Part shown: in pieces, positions 50,190 to 62,799 of the stretch | Layout of the letters: every line of letters starts with the position of its first letter | How positions within the stretch are numbered: position 1 is the first letter of the stretch | DNA from: Dicyema japonicum | Lineage: Eukaryota > Animalia > Dicyemida | DNA length: 64,000 nt | Assembly (NCBI GenBank): GCA_011109175.1 | Contig: RDEW01000023.1 | Coordinates: 1-64,000 of the forward strand | Direction of reading: 5' to 3' | Made by a program: the position numbers and the translations under genes | Notes under the pieces: generated by a model | What the model saw: the letters and a program-made list of their open reading frames with translations, nothing else | Databases searched by the model: none | Told to the model about the DNA's origin: nothing

Positions 50190-51520
50190 TTTGGTTGAGG
50201 TGGTGACGTGCCTCTATTTGAATTTATGGTTATAAAGAATTTAGAAAAATCCAATGACCTAATCATCCTAACCTTCAATGTCAGAGGCATGAATAACGTG
50301 GTAAGAGGCACTTTCTATGTTCCGATGTTGAGAAATACCGGGATTCTTTATGCTGTTTGCAGGAGAGTAAATAAAAATGGACTCGATGAAATACATGGGA
50401 ATTACCGTTTAATATTGCTTCCCTCGGAATCAAGGTACTATGAAAAGATTTAATAATACACAAGGATTATATTTCCTGATTATATCGTTATTGGAAAGTC
50501 AATGACAGGATCGACGTTTTAAAACTACGCACAAGATCAAGCAGAAATTCGAGGAGGCTAATCTCATTTATCAACGTTTACGCACTACACAGTGGACGTA
50601 TCCATAAAAAGTCCGGAATAACTTGATCTGTTCTACAATGAATTGGGAAGAACATCAACAGACCTCAGTTCATCATACCCATTGTTCATTGCCGGGGACT
50701 GGAATGCGAAAGTGGGAACTCGTAGAGGAAATGAAAGCTTCATTGGCCATCACGGATGAGGAATCAGAAACTATACTGGAACTATATTGGCAGAATTTTG
50801 CCAGGCATTTGATATGTAATAAAACGACATGGACTGGGAATGATTCTTACCTACCGAAGGCTCTATTAACATTTTCAACCAAATTACATCCGAGTCAAAG
50901 AAAAATCACTGCTACATCCATCGACGTCTTACAGAGATGCAGCTATCAACAGTGATCACAAGATAGTCTCTGCCAAGTTCACTACGAGGACATCAATTGA
51001 CCTACAACGAAGAGAGCAAACGTAGATGTAGGAAGAAGCTACAAAATTGAACAACTGTGTTTCTCTGCATCGATCAGAGACAACTTCCCAAATGTCAATT
51101 GAGAGATCCCTCCGAAACTTGGATGCCAAGACGGAGACAATGAAAGGGATCATTTCGGCAGCAAATGAAAGTATCGGAACTTGGTCCCCAGCACTATGTA
51201 AAAAATACATAAATCCAGATGTTCCCACTCGCATCAAAGAATAAAGGGAACTAAGACTACAACTGGAAAATGCGTCAAACAGGAAACAAATGTTGAGGTA
51301 TCTACGAACGTGCACCCAAAATTCGAATAAGAAGCACGCCACTAACCTACTTGATCCAAGAGTTGCAGAACTTAAACAGCTCAAAGACTCATCAAAATGA
51401 TCAATGCAATTCGCCTGCTCAACAGAAAAAACAAACAAACTCTATGACAGGAATGGAAAATTTTTAACAAATCCCAAAGATCAGGCTGAATATATTGTGT
51501 CATATTTTGAGAGTATGTTA
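50190..51520 (+). mobile_element. RTE-like (family B) 5' half
   Basis: LTFNVRGM, FIAGDWNAKVG, DHKIV; same 5' hairpin as at 20893-20917. Confidence 0.75.
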
Positions 51521-51659
51521 TGTCCCGTTACATTTCACCTGTCAATTGACACCTATCATTCAATCAATATTAATTGGTTTCTAATCAAATATCAAAGAAT
51601 TTATTTTTTTAAAGTCTATATTTTTTTGCATGTTGACTATTTTCAATTCTCCTGATCGT

Positions 51660-52790
51660 GCCTTAATCTGTGATAAAAAATTAAATATTCGGTTGTTTGA
51701 CAAAATTTGAGTAATTTTATGTGGAGATTCAAATCGGTCAACTTTAGCGATGGCTTAGTTCCATAATCCTTTAAAACTCGTATCAATAGAAAAATCATAG
51801 TTTGATTGATGAACGTTCATTCTATTGCCATCCGCTTAAAATAGACTGAATTTAGATTCTCTCGAGAAAAATTAAGATCAAAATGATGAATCTAAGTTTT
51901 CTAGCAAACTTTATACAATAAATACCTGAAATATGTTCCACGTCAATATCCTCTGATGATCGTGGAGGAGCATCTCATTTTCTATGAAATTAAAAAAAAT
52001 AAACTTTTATAAATGGAGTTTCATTTGTGGAAGAATGAATCGTGGTGTTATATGTAAATGTGCTTTGTTTAATAATTTTTTCCAGTTTTTAGTTGATTCT
52101 TCATTAACTTTTCAAGATTTCTTGTCAAAGTTTGGTTAAATCTTTCTCTGATCCCCTGAAACAAATAAAATATTATTTCATTACTTGTAATTGAAAATAT
52201 TTGGTATTCCATACCAATTGAGGATATTTGGCATGATTTTATTTTTCATGCAGAGTATTGATTTTTAACTCTGTTCCGTTATCTGTTTGCAGAATCTCAA
52301 AAAATCGATTTCAAAACAATTTTCTTTGAATGCTTCACAAATATCTAAAAATTAAAATATACCTATTGCAGATTTATTTTTAAGTCCTTTACAAATAGCA
52401 TATTTGCTGTAAACATCAATGACAGAATCATTAATTTTTCAACATCCATGAGGTCTGCCTGGAATCGTTCATTAGGTCTATTGGCAGTCACATGGCATTT
52501 AGAATCGGAAATTTATTATATAAATTAATTTTCTACTTTAAGTGGAATATAAATTTGCAAATTGTGCACTCTTGGACAATTATTTCAATAATTTTATTTA
52601 AAAATAGGAGTGCAAACATTCTTGCTGCAGTTTACGAATCCCGAATAACTATTTCTATGGATAGACTCCGCAATAGTTATCCATGCAAATAACTAGTCTG
52701 TGTTTTTTAAATTTTTCGTCTTTGAGGTTTAATCGACCATCAATGATAATAATGAGTTTTTCATTAATTTGTATTTCGCTTGTCTTGAAG
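51660..52790 (-). mobile_element. Ginger-like DDE integrase relic containing spliceosomal mini-introns
   Basis: VQECTICKF, RPNERFQADL, VIDVYSKYA, ILQTDNG.E, ERFNQTL, YNTT.HSST..TPF. GT-AG inserts at 52345-52362, 52156-52184 (or -52214) and 51901-51925. Confidence 0.7.
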
Positions 52791-52839
52791 ATGTCTGTAC
52801 AGGCTCACCATTTAGAATGCTCACTATGGATTGATATTC

Positions 52840-54560
52840 TATAATATTTTTGACAAAGCCTATTATGGAGATAAACATTTTATAGAACACATGTTGAATA
52901 AGTATGAAAAAATAGAATTGATTTGTGCTGATGATGTCGACCTAATCTCTGAAGACAAAGAACTCCTGGAACATGTGATAAAAAAACACCAGATATACTT
53001 GGGAAATGGTTTCTCACCGTGAACAGGGAATAAGACGATGAATAACTCGAAGAGAAATGGAGACACACAAAGAAACTTGGCTCCCTATTAGGAGATAGTG
53101 AAGATATCATACGGAGAAAAACCATGACAAACACAGCATTACACAGGTTGAAAAACCTATGGCTAAAACGGAAAGGAAGTAACATAAAACAAAGGATAAT
53201 TTTATACGACACCTTTATCAAACCAATCCTCCTATACAACTCTGGGACCTGGGGCACCTCAAAAGAGGAATTGGATAAGCTAGACTTATTTTACAGGAAT
53301 CATATAAGAAGCATAACTGGAATGTCCTGGTCATCCAAGATCTCGCGGAATAGACTGTACAATACGTGTGACTGTACACCATTAAGTCTCGAGATCATTA
53401 GCTCTCGGTGGAGATTTTTTAGACACGTTTTGAGGTTGGACCCTACATCCCCCGAATATCGCCATAGAAGATTACTACTCCTCCCATATAAAAAGCTTTC
53501 GTGGGAGACCGAGAATAACATTTCCGGTCGTTTTACAAAACGATCTGAAAGCCGTGAAGAAAACATTGGCATCTGGTGACGACCTGGACAAACTGAGGGA
53601 TCTGGCTAAATACAGAAGAGCTAGGAGCAAGCTAACTAATTCTCTTGTCTTTTTTGGTGCACATGCGCGGCTATAAATATTATGGCTCTCGTGAAAGTTC
53701 TAGTAATAATAGAAGAATTCTTGGACCCTGATTCTGTCAATATGACCAGAGTTTTGCTATCAGAGTGCGTGTTAGTAATACTTTTCCCCGTGAATTTACG
53801 GGCAATGTTATTACTCCCTAGGGATGTTCCCTTTCGCCTCTGCTATTTGTCATATATATAGAAACGGCATTACGAGACCTTCGGAAGTTCTATTGATGGC
53901 AACATCGTCGAAATTGCTTACGCGGAGGACGTCGATTTTGTGTCAGAAGACAAACCGGCACCTGTTAAACTGAACAGATGGTTTGTCAGAATAAACACCG
54001 CAAAAACCGACATAGTGAAAATCAGGAGAATGGAAAGCATATCAAATGAAACATGGCACAAATCGAACAAACTTGGTTCTTTACTTGGAGACAGCCAAGA
54101 TTTTACCAGAAGAAGGCCCTCGTTTGGTTATGGTGAACAAGTTTAAGAAAGAGTGAATTGGCAAACGACTATCCTGCATATCAGTTCGTTTGAGACTGTA
54201 TGAAGCCTTTGTACAGCCGATCTTAATATAAATTCATCGACCTGGGGGACATCGAAAACCGAACAACTTGCGCTAGATTCTTTCCACCAAAGACAACTTA
54301 GATCCTTATTAGGACTGAACTGGCCAACAAGAATAAACAAGGACTCACTATATAAGAGATGTTGTACGGGTCCACTGAGTCTCAAATTTGTTGATATGCG
54401 TTGGAGCCAACATAGCAATGGAGGATTACTTTATGAGACAGGCGTGTTAACTTCCAGAAATACTTGATGGAGATCTAAAGCTTGGGAACAAAAGTCTAAG
54501 AAGTGGAGACGATGTTACGATTTGAGAAAACTCTTTTACTATCGAGGAAGTTAGAAGAGG
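52840..54560 (+). mobile_element. Two tandem RTE-like 3' fragments (52840-53710, 53720-54560)
   Basis: ADDVDL, KLGSLLGD, KPILLYNSGTWG, RWRFFRHVLR; conserved 3' tail at 53673-53710. Confidence 0.8.
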
Positions 54561-55613
54561 ATTGTTTCGAATGCTGCACGAGTGAAATTATAACAATTAT
54601 GGTTTTGCGCATGTTGCTTATAATAATTGCTTTTTCCTCAAGTTATGTCCTGCCTACGTGGAAGTTTAATAATGGAAAAACTATTACTCCTCGGAGAAAG
54701 GGCTGATATGATTTTTTGAGTTATCTCCATTGACCTCAAGGGCATTAAGAAAGGAAATATTAGGCCTAAGTAATTATCCAGGATTCCTGTTCACAGACGA
54801 AAATATTTTTGATATTCCACCAACGTTCCTATTGCTTTACTACATCCACACAGTTCCCATTTTAGGATCATTTTTAGAGTGTGAATCTATTTCCGGTACA
54901 TACGAGAATCCTCACTGCAGTGACAGAGAAAGCAGGTTCCGCTTTTTGATTGCAGACTCATTCAGTTAAAATAGCTCCAAAATGACCGGATATGTGAATC
55001 AGCCTGTCCTCGATAGAGTTAACTTTCTATTGTTCGTTGGTGGAACTTGTACGGTTTGTCTTGGAATCTTAGATTAATAAAGGAGAAGGTTTCTTACATC
55101 TTGGAGATGATTCCAGGTGTTCTTATTGCTCTAAGGGATGTCTCAGTGATTTAATCAATTTAAAAAAGAATCTCGTTCACTCAATTGACCAGTTGTTTAG
55201 AGTTTTCCTAAATAATAATTAATGTCCATTTTGAACTCTTAATAGTTGAAACAAAGTTACTTCCAATTTCTCTGTCCAATGGGGAGATGATCCATTCGAT
55301 GCTCGGTAAAACGGTCGCATAGAAGTTAAAAGGATCTAAGATAACTTGGAAGGTTTAATATTTTAATAACTCCATATATACCGGAGGTAGTATTAAGAGT
55401 CAATTAAATCCTAATTAAGCTATTAGTTCCCATGATCGAACTCAGAAGCATCCTTTCCACCCTTTTGTGGGTCCCCTTCACTAAAGTCCTCTTGGGATAC
55501 CAACCAGACACTGAGGGAACTAGATCATAGGACACTCTATAAATTAAAGGTAGGTATCGACGTATGAACGAACCCACGTGACAAAATGGAAAACACAAAG
55601 AATATAATTTATA

Positions 55614-56059
55614 TTAATCAAATTTATAATGAATATTATCAATTTGTGAGTTTTCAATAAATGCGGTAATATTTATAATACGATTAAGTAGTAATTCAGT
55701 CTTTATACACTCCATCTTTAGTTTCTCACTTAGTCTACTGTTATCTTCTTCCAACTCAGATATCATCTCATTCTAATAATCACAGCAATGAGGACCTGTA
55801 TGTTTGTGTCTCCTATAATATCATCTGGGAGTGAATTTATGAGAGTCCGGATATCAAAAGAGAGACGGGATATTTGATTGGCGTACAGGGATGGGTAATC
55901 TTTTATTATGCTATCATATAACCTTCTTTTACACTATCTGATGAATTTGAAGTCTGTTGAATAATTCCAATACTGTTTGTAAATAATTCTGACAGCTGTA
56001 ATTATTACTCACTTAACTATATTTAGGCAATCCTGAAGTTGAGAAACTCGGTCCACCAT
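55614..56059 (-). CDS. MED21: Mediator subunit 21; 4 exons, introns 22/23/23 nt
   Basis: MVDRVSQLQDCLNI|LSELFTNSIGIIQQ...DIRTLINSLP...Q|NEMISELEEDN matches MADRLTQLQD...IGVLQQ...DIDVLIDSLP...LEEEN. Confidence 0.88.
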
Positions 56060-56129
56060 GAATAGATTTTTATAATATGTTTTATTTAATCGCAATAATA
56101 TTTTTTAATAATTATTATTATTAAAAGTC

Positions 56130-56530
56130 CAGTTTGATGATATGTTCCACGCATCTACGATGCGGAAAGGGTTTGACGAGTGACGCCGTCATCAGTGAAT
56201 ACTCACTGCGGAACTGGATTGTCTAGAAAGGACACTCACACAAGAAAAAGAAAAAAGAAGTGAAGATCATTCCTTGCTTCTACGATTAGTTAAAATTAAC
56301 TGTTCTTTACTTAAATAAAGTGTGTGTCCTGCCTATGCGGAGCTAATACCACGGCTCCGTGAAAAAGGCTGTTATTATTATTATTATTTGATGACATGTG
56401 GCTCAGTGATTTGCTGGTAAAGGAGGCCGCTGTGAAGAGCGGTTCAAAATGCTCATTTTCACAGGTTTCAATCTTGTTCTTCTCTAGGATCACTTAATTA
56501 GATGGGACATCCTTCTCTTTTAACCCAATG
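56130..56530 (+). mobile_element. Family A 3' remnant
   Basis: Ends AGGATCACTTAATTAGATG. Confidence 0.55.
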
Positions 56531-58777
56531 TTCCTAAGACAATAATTTTCTCATGATCGTTTTATGTGGAGACTTCGAAAAAACTTTGGCTCAATAAAAA
56601 TCGTTCAACTGAATGACTAAATCGTTGATATTTGACTATTAAAAGATTCCAAACTCCTGGGGAATAAAAAAGTAAATTTCAATGTTGTTGGTGTACTTGG
56701 ACCTAATTTATAATGTTTGAACACTTCCACCTATACCTAAGAATTATTCCAAGTGAATTTCGAGACTTTGTAGACCTTGCGAAGTTGTAAGAGAACTCTG
56801 AACATGAAACTATTCCTATAAATTACACGTGGTCTTTTCGGTTATATTCTCAAAACATGGCAAACTCAATTAGGTGGTTAGAATAATCGATTATATAGAA
56901 AATTTTCTCTCCTCAATGATGCACACAGAGCCTTTACAATTAACAACTAACTTTACAATTTAGAAAACTGAACCAGTTTGCCTGACCAAACAGTTTCATC
57001 CGTCGGAGGCTTATAATTTTAATTATCTTTTCTTAAGAACAGAAAATAGTGGGGACTTTAAATCACAAATTACATCAGCTTCACTATCCAGTAAAAGGCA
57101 GATAGCCTTAAAACTCATAGCCTTGACTGTTGGATGCTCCCTTAAGTCCTTCAAAAATAGGGGAGACTAAAGCAAAAGAGAATTTTTTTCAAAATCAAGA
57201 TAGCTAGGTCACGTTAAATAATTAAAGAGTCATAGTTTGTCAGCACTTTAAAATTCCCAGAGCGAATCAAAGAGAGCAGCGTATTTGTTATTCCAGAGTA
57301 GCTTCAAAGGTTTGATTGAGGGAAAAGGGAGTCGAACATCGAGTTTGTATGATAAATAAATATAAAATACAGTTTATATAAAATTGAATGAATAAATAGA
57401 TGTTCAGTCCATTTATTTTGTCCAATATTACATTAAATAGTTTTTCATACACAATTCTTTTTTGAAGGTAAAAGTGCATACATTACTGTGATTACAGTAT
57501 TATTAATGGAATTCTAATATAATAAAAGTCAAAACTGTCTGATAATCATAAACTAATGAGGAAGGACTTTTCAAAGGGTAAATAATAAGCATGAGGAAAC
57601 ACAGTACATTAGAGACTTTTCAAAATTACTTGGATAGACTAAGTAACAATGTTAACCTTCAGGGATTCAATTTATTAACTTCCAAATCACAAAGAGAGGA
57701 TAAGAGTAATCGCATAATTCAGTGATCTTGTCAATGCCCCTCACCTACGATTTTCCATGAAATCTTGGATTAATATCCCTGAAAGTAAAGCTTTCTTATC
57801 GTATCTTGGATGGACTCCAAATACTATCTGATTTCTGACCCAAGAGGGTGCTCTGAAGACTCGACTATTTTAGTGAAATCTCGCAGGCTCCGTCAGGTGA
57901 TCCAGGAAGCTTATCGTTTTTTGTAACAGTGATGTGAAAGTATCGAGTATAACTATGGGGATGGTAACCAATGACTACTTAATCCAACTATTAAGAATAC
58001 TCGAGAATTGATAATTTCGTTGTTCTTTCCCTTATCAATCCTCAAATTTAGTTAAAAATATATCCTAACCCATGGTGTTTACTTCATATTGTTTGTCCAC
58101 AATGGGGATAACAAGTCATTTTAATGAACAAAGACTACATAATGCACAATGTACTATAACTATAGTGCGCCAGAACCTTTTGTTTAGTCAATATTATCGA
58201 CTCAATGTTAAGAAACTAAGTGATATGTCGATATTACTAAAGCAAGGTCAACAAACACGATATTTTTGTTTACAACAAAATTAAAAACAAGGTAACTCTA
58301 ATTGAAGTTATTAATTCACAGAATCCACTTAAATAAATTGAGAGTTGTCAAAGTATGAGCTCCTTGAGAGCTTCCTTACCGTCAAGTAAGATTATTCTGC
58401 TGTTGACCTGGACGGACTTGTCTCAAATCCATGAGTTATAATTATTATATTCAATCATTCTGTTGAAGAAAACTCTTTAAAGCATGGTGGTTGAACACAA
58501 GAACAGGATTAAGGTCCCGTGAGATTTCATCTGTGCTTCACAAACTTGTGGAACTGGAATATTTTCATCTGTGCTTACCATGCTGAGAAACGGGCGCAAC
58601 AAACGTTCTTTCACTTCCTTTTTTCTTTTTGTCGCATATGAGTCATTTATAGACGATCCGGTATTCACTGATGTCACTCGTCAGTCTAAAGTAACTAGAT
58701 CCTTGGAACTCAGCCGAAATCTAGAGCAGCGAGATTGGAACCCGTGAAAATCAGGATTTTCTCCAGCAATTATGATA

Positions 58778-59015
58778 TTGCGCCATCCTGGAGTTGGTGG
58801 TAAACTCCTCCAAGAAAAGGAAAAAATAGTCATGGATTTGTTATTGGCGTCATTGGATTCACCTTACTGAGGGACGCCCAATGCCTGGCCGGCACAAAGA
58901 GAATCCAATTATTCTTTCCCGGGAAACTGGTTACTTGGAGACAAGTTCTGGAATGGTGGAACGAGTCAGGATCAAGGAATTAGTTTGGTTACACTTGGTC
59001 TTTGGAATAATTTTA
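58778..59015 (+). mobile_element. SINE-like element S4
   Basis: TGCGCCAT head, best-paired fold core at 58846-58909, tail GGATCAAGGAATTAGTTTGG...GGTCTTTGGAATAA. Confidence 0.7.
58846..58909 (+). ncRNA. HDV-ribozyme-topology nested pseudoknot (SINE type)
   Basis: P1 GGCGTC/GACGCC; P2 TTGGATTC/GAATCCAA; P3 CCT/AGG; P4 TGCC/GGCA; J4/2 CAAAGA. Canonical L3/P1.1 is absent. Confidence 0.55.
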
Positions 59016-59786
59016 ATTTAATTACATTAAAATAATTGATCTCGACATCATCCTCAACCAGATATCTCCTTATGGGATCCAACTCAGCTTCTCTGTGGGC
59101 GGATGACTTTGAGAATATAAATTTGAGTGGGGTGATGTATACTATTCTCATAAGAGACGTCCTAGATGTGTACTGTTGGGAGTTGGACTGCCTGCACAAG
59201 TCAGCAAATTCCTTCCCATTTTGTCGGATAAGGTATGGTTGGCTTGCCAACCATAGAGGGTGTTCGGCGTTGATATCCCCACAAATGATCACGTCGTTAA
59301 GGAAGCCAAAGTGGATAAATTGGGCATAGCGTAGTGCTTCGGGCAAGAATCGGGTGAGGCACGTAAATGTTCAAAAAGGTAACTTTCATTTGTAGTTCCA
59401 ACTGAGAATGTGTTGATTTCAGAACATCGTCGTCTCTCTCTAGATATTCTTCACCACTGAAGTGATGTCCTGCAAATTTAAGGTATTTCCGATATAAAAT
59501 GAGTAGACCACCACCCCGGTTCTTCCGGTTAATCCGTATTGACTTTTATCCAGGAAACAGCGTGATAAGAATGTTAAATGGGAGTTTTGTCTCTCGAATC
59601 AAAGCCACGTCGATCTTCAACTCGGCCATTAGAGAGTGCAGTTCCAGTATTTTGCTCCTTACTCTATTGACGTTTAGTTGTAGAACTGTGGTTCATTCCT
59701 TGTGGTGGACTAGGGGTTCCTTCCCAGTAGTTAAGCTTAGAGTGCTTGCCACCGGGGAGACAGTATCCTCGGAGTTAAATATTTAA

Positions 59787-59862
59787 TGGTTCACTTTGGA
59801 GGAACATTAGGTGCCCTCCAGGTGTTACCAATAATTACAGAATTGGTAAACCACATAACGCC
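59787..59862 (-). ncRNA. HDV-ribozyme-topology nested pseudoknot at the exact 5' end of a family A element
   Basis: P1 GGCGTTA/TAACACC; P2 TGGTTTA/TGAACCA; P3 CCAAT/ATTGG with loop TCTGTAATT; P4 (TGG)AGGGCA-CCTAA-TGTTCCT(CCA). G-U pairs occur on this strand. Confidence 0.55.
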
Positions 59863-62092
59863 ATACTAAAAATTAATAATATCAGAGACCACGGTTACAC
59901 AAACAAACTAACTAATCACGTGATCCTAGCACGCACTAGCAGGGACCTCATCTTTGCCCGATGCTCTTCCTTCGACCCCACAAGCACGTATTGGTCGAGT
60001 GATTGCACCTTCGCAGTCACGACGGGCGCGTTCCATGGTTCATTCGTATCAAGTCTTCAAGAGACATTGGTGGCTGGAACTCTTCAGAAATCCAACGTTC
60101 CGTGATTTTGGAGGCTCTTTTCCGGCTAGCCTCGATCTTCAAGACATTCGTCCAAGAGATGAATGGGTCCCATATACCACATGCATAAGAGATGCAAGGT
60201 TCAATGAATTGTTTATATATAGTGCTCAAAACAGAATGCTTTTCGATCATCCAGAAGCCTGTGAGGCATTTCAGAACATTGGTTTTTTTTCGAATTTCGT
60301 AATTACGTTTTCAACATGGGGCGAGAATGACATATGCATGTCAAAAGATCTTTTGAGATTTTCTGAAAGGAATAGCTTCATTGTTTGCCTTCAGTTCGAC
60401 CGTCCGTCTTCCCAGTCTCTTGTCTGAAGTAAATAAGGTTGTGACGGACTTTACACTGCTGGCAGTTAAGCAATTCTTCGATAGCCATTCGTCAAGACGG
60501 TCCAGGTTTTCTTGCAATTTCTAAAGTGGCAATTTGGATGTCCTGATCGCGTGACGCAATGACGATGTCGTCAGCATAAGTTAGAATAAAATCATTTTTG
60601 AAGTCTGGAATGGGGAGGTCCGCCACGAATAGATTTAATAAAACTGGAGACAAAAGGGATCCTTGGGGAAACCCATTAGGGAGAACCCGTGAAATAGACC
60701 TTGACTGGCCAATGCAGATGCGTACCCTCCGACCACTAAGGAAGTTAGCTAGCCAGAGTTTGAGCCTTCCAGGGATCTTTGGTAAATTTTTCAAATGAGA
60801 ATCCTCCTTGACAGAGTCGAAACTTTGTGGACGTCTATGGAGCAAAGTAAAGTCTTCATTTGTCCCTGCCTGTGCGAGAAACCATACCTTATAAAGTTAG
60901 TAAATGCCAGATAAGTGGGTCGAAGTAGACCTCTCTTTTTAAAACCATGTTGAAATGACAACTCCGGGAGGAAATTTTTGATTTTCGCTAGAACCAACCT
61001 TTCCAGAATTTTCGAAACCGAACACAATAACTCGACCGGTCTGTATGAAGCAGGGTCCTTCTTTACTTTACCGAGTTACAAATTTGACGTAGGTGGGCAA
61101 GCTTCCATAAGGCTGGAATATAATTTTTGTTAATGGAGTGGTTGAATATCCTCGTTAATACAGCGATTCCATTGTCTCCCAGATTCTTTAGAAGGATCAT
61201 TGGGATCTTATCTGGTCCGTAAGAATAGGTTTTTTAATGACTTTCAATGCATATCTCACGTCGTTTTCAGTGAAGTAAATCGTATCCGGTTCCTTTTTCG
61301 TTTTACTAAGATATTTCGGGGATACATCAGACTTCTTATGGTCTTTATGGGATATTTTCACATAGAATTTTATTAGGTTGTTTAAGTCCTTCTGGCTGTG
61401 GTTCACCTCGGACGATCTTTCATCCTTTCTTGAGGCGTCTCGGATGGTCTTCCAAATTTCAGTAGTGGGTCTATTTCTATTCAACGAGGAGAACACATGC
61501 TTCCATCTTGATATTTGTGCTTTTACCTCCCTGTTTTTACTTTCTTCTTGAATTGGACGGTTGATTTTCCAGCCATAGAGGGTGTTTGGTATCCCCTCCA
61601 ATGATCACATCGTTTAAGAAAACCAAAGTAGATAAATTGTGTAGTGCTTCGGACAAGAACCAGGTGGAGGCACACAGACGTTCACAAAGGTAATTTTTCT
61701 AATTGTTGTTCCTAGTGAGACTGCATTTACTTCAGTAACATAGTCGTCTCACAATATATTCTTCACCACTGAAGTGATGTCCACACGTTTAAGGTCTTTA
61801 CGAAATAAAATGAGTAGGCCACCACCCCGCTTCGTCTTCCGGTCATTGAATGGAATCCAACGAACACCGGGGTAGGATTGATCAAAGGCAGTTTCGTTTC
61901 TGTATCAATGCCACATCGGTCTTCAGCTCCTCCATGAGAGAGGGCAGTTCAATATTTTGCCCTTTACTCCATTTACATTTAGTTGTAGAACCGTGGTCTG
62001 TTTCTTGCGGTGGGTTAGGAGTTCCTTCCGGGTAGATGAAGCTAAAAGTGCGTGCCGCCGGGGAGACAGTTTCCTTGGAGGTAAATGTTTAA

Positions 62093-62162
62093 TGGTTCTC
62101 TTTGGAGGGACATTAGGTGCCCTATAGGCGTTACCAATACTTACAGAATCGGTGAACCACAT
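62093..62162 (-). ncRNA. 5'-truncated copy of the family A fold (P1 5' strand missing)
   Basis: TGGTTCA...CCGAT/ATTGG, TAACGCC (perfect complement of GGCGTTA), GGGCACCTAATGTCCC, AGAACCA. Confidence 0.5.
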
Positions 62163-62799
62163 TATTATTAACCCCAGGCTTACCATTGTAAGCCCAGTAC
62201 AAACAGTCATGACTAACTAATCCAAGGAAGTAACCAAAGGGAGAACATCTGCTTGTGCCGACCAAATCCATCTTCCAATACTTCATTACAGGCTTCCGCT
62301 TCCGAGAAGAGGTGGAGAAGTAGGTCCGCCCTCTTCCATTTTTGTCCCACGTCCTACCCTCGCGGACATCACTTCATTCTTTGCGGAATAGTTTTCATAA
62401 TGCAATCTTCATCAGAGGGTTTGGTCAGGGTAAACCAGAGAACGGTGCGCTAAAATTTATATATATAACGCTAAAATTCTTGGACAAAATAATATAAATT
62501 AATTAACAAAATTAATATTTAAATATAATTGATTTGTGATGGCTAATGTGACTCATTTTATGGAATACACTCACTACTTTACATCCATTATAGAAAAGTT
62601 CACTCAAATAAAACTAATTTTAATGACATCCTTAATATTTTGGATATTGATTTGCTTGCTGCTTCTACAAATTATATGGAGTAAATACTCAGAGACTATC
62701 GAAGAGAATCTGTTCAAATGTAACCCCCATTAATATTTGTAGTTCGGACAGATAACCCAAATTATGATTTTAAGAAATTTGATTAGATTTAAGTAAAAC

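Larger units (their letters stand above)
58990..62460 (-). mobile_element. Head-to-tail array of three family A copies (62170-62460 3' end; 59880-62162 internally deleted element; 58990-59862 5' part)
   Basis: TVLQLNVN, RGGGLL, VIICGDINAEHPLW, CSVSKILERLV, NGFPQGSLLSPVL, YADDIV, LVRARIT*. Each 5' end abuts the previous TAA-rich tail. Confidence 0.85.

Noticed and set aside
56170-56215. CTGATGA...CAAA on the minus strand, with similarity to 58648-58685
   Set aside because: No GAAA or cleavage triplet in register; better explained as shared family A sequence.
56550-58450. Possible host genes (also 4700-5900, 27110-28200, 39150-39720, 46600-47130)
   Set aside because: Short GT-AG-bounded segments suggest genes or pseudogenes, but I could not build a consistent frame or recognise a family.
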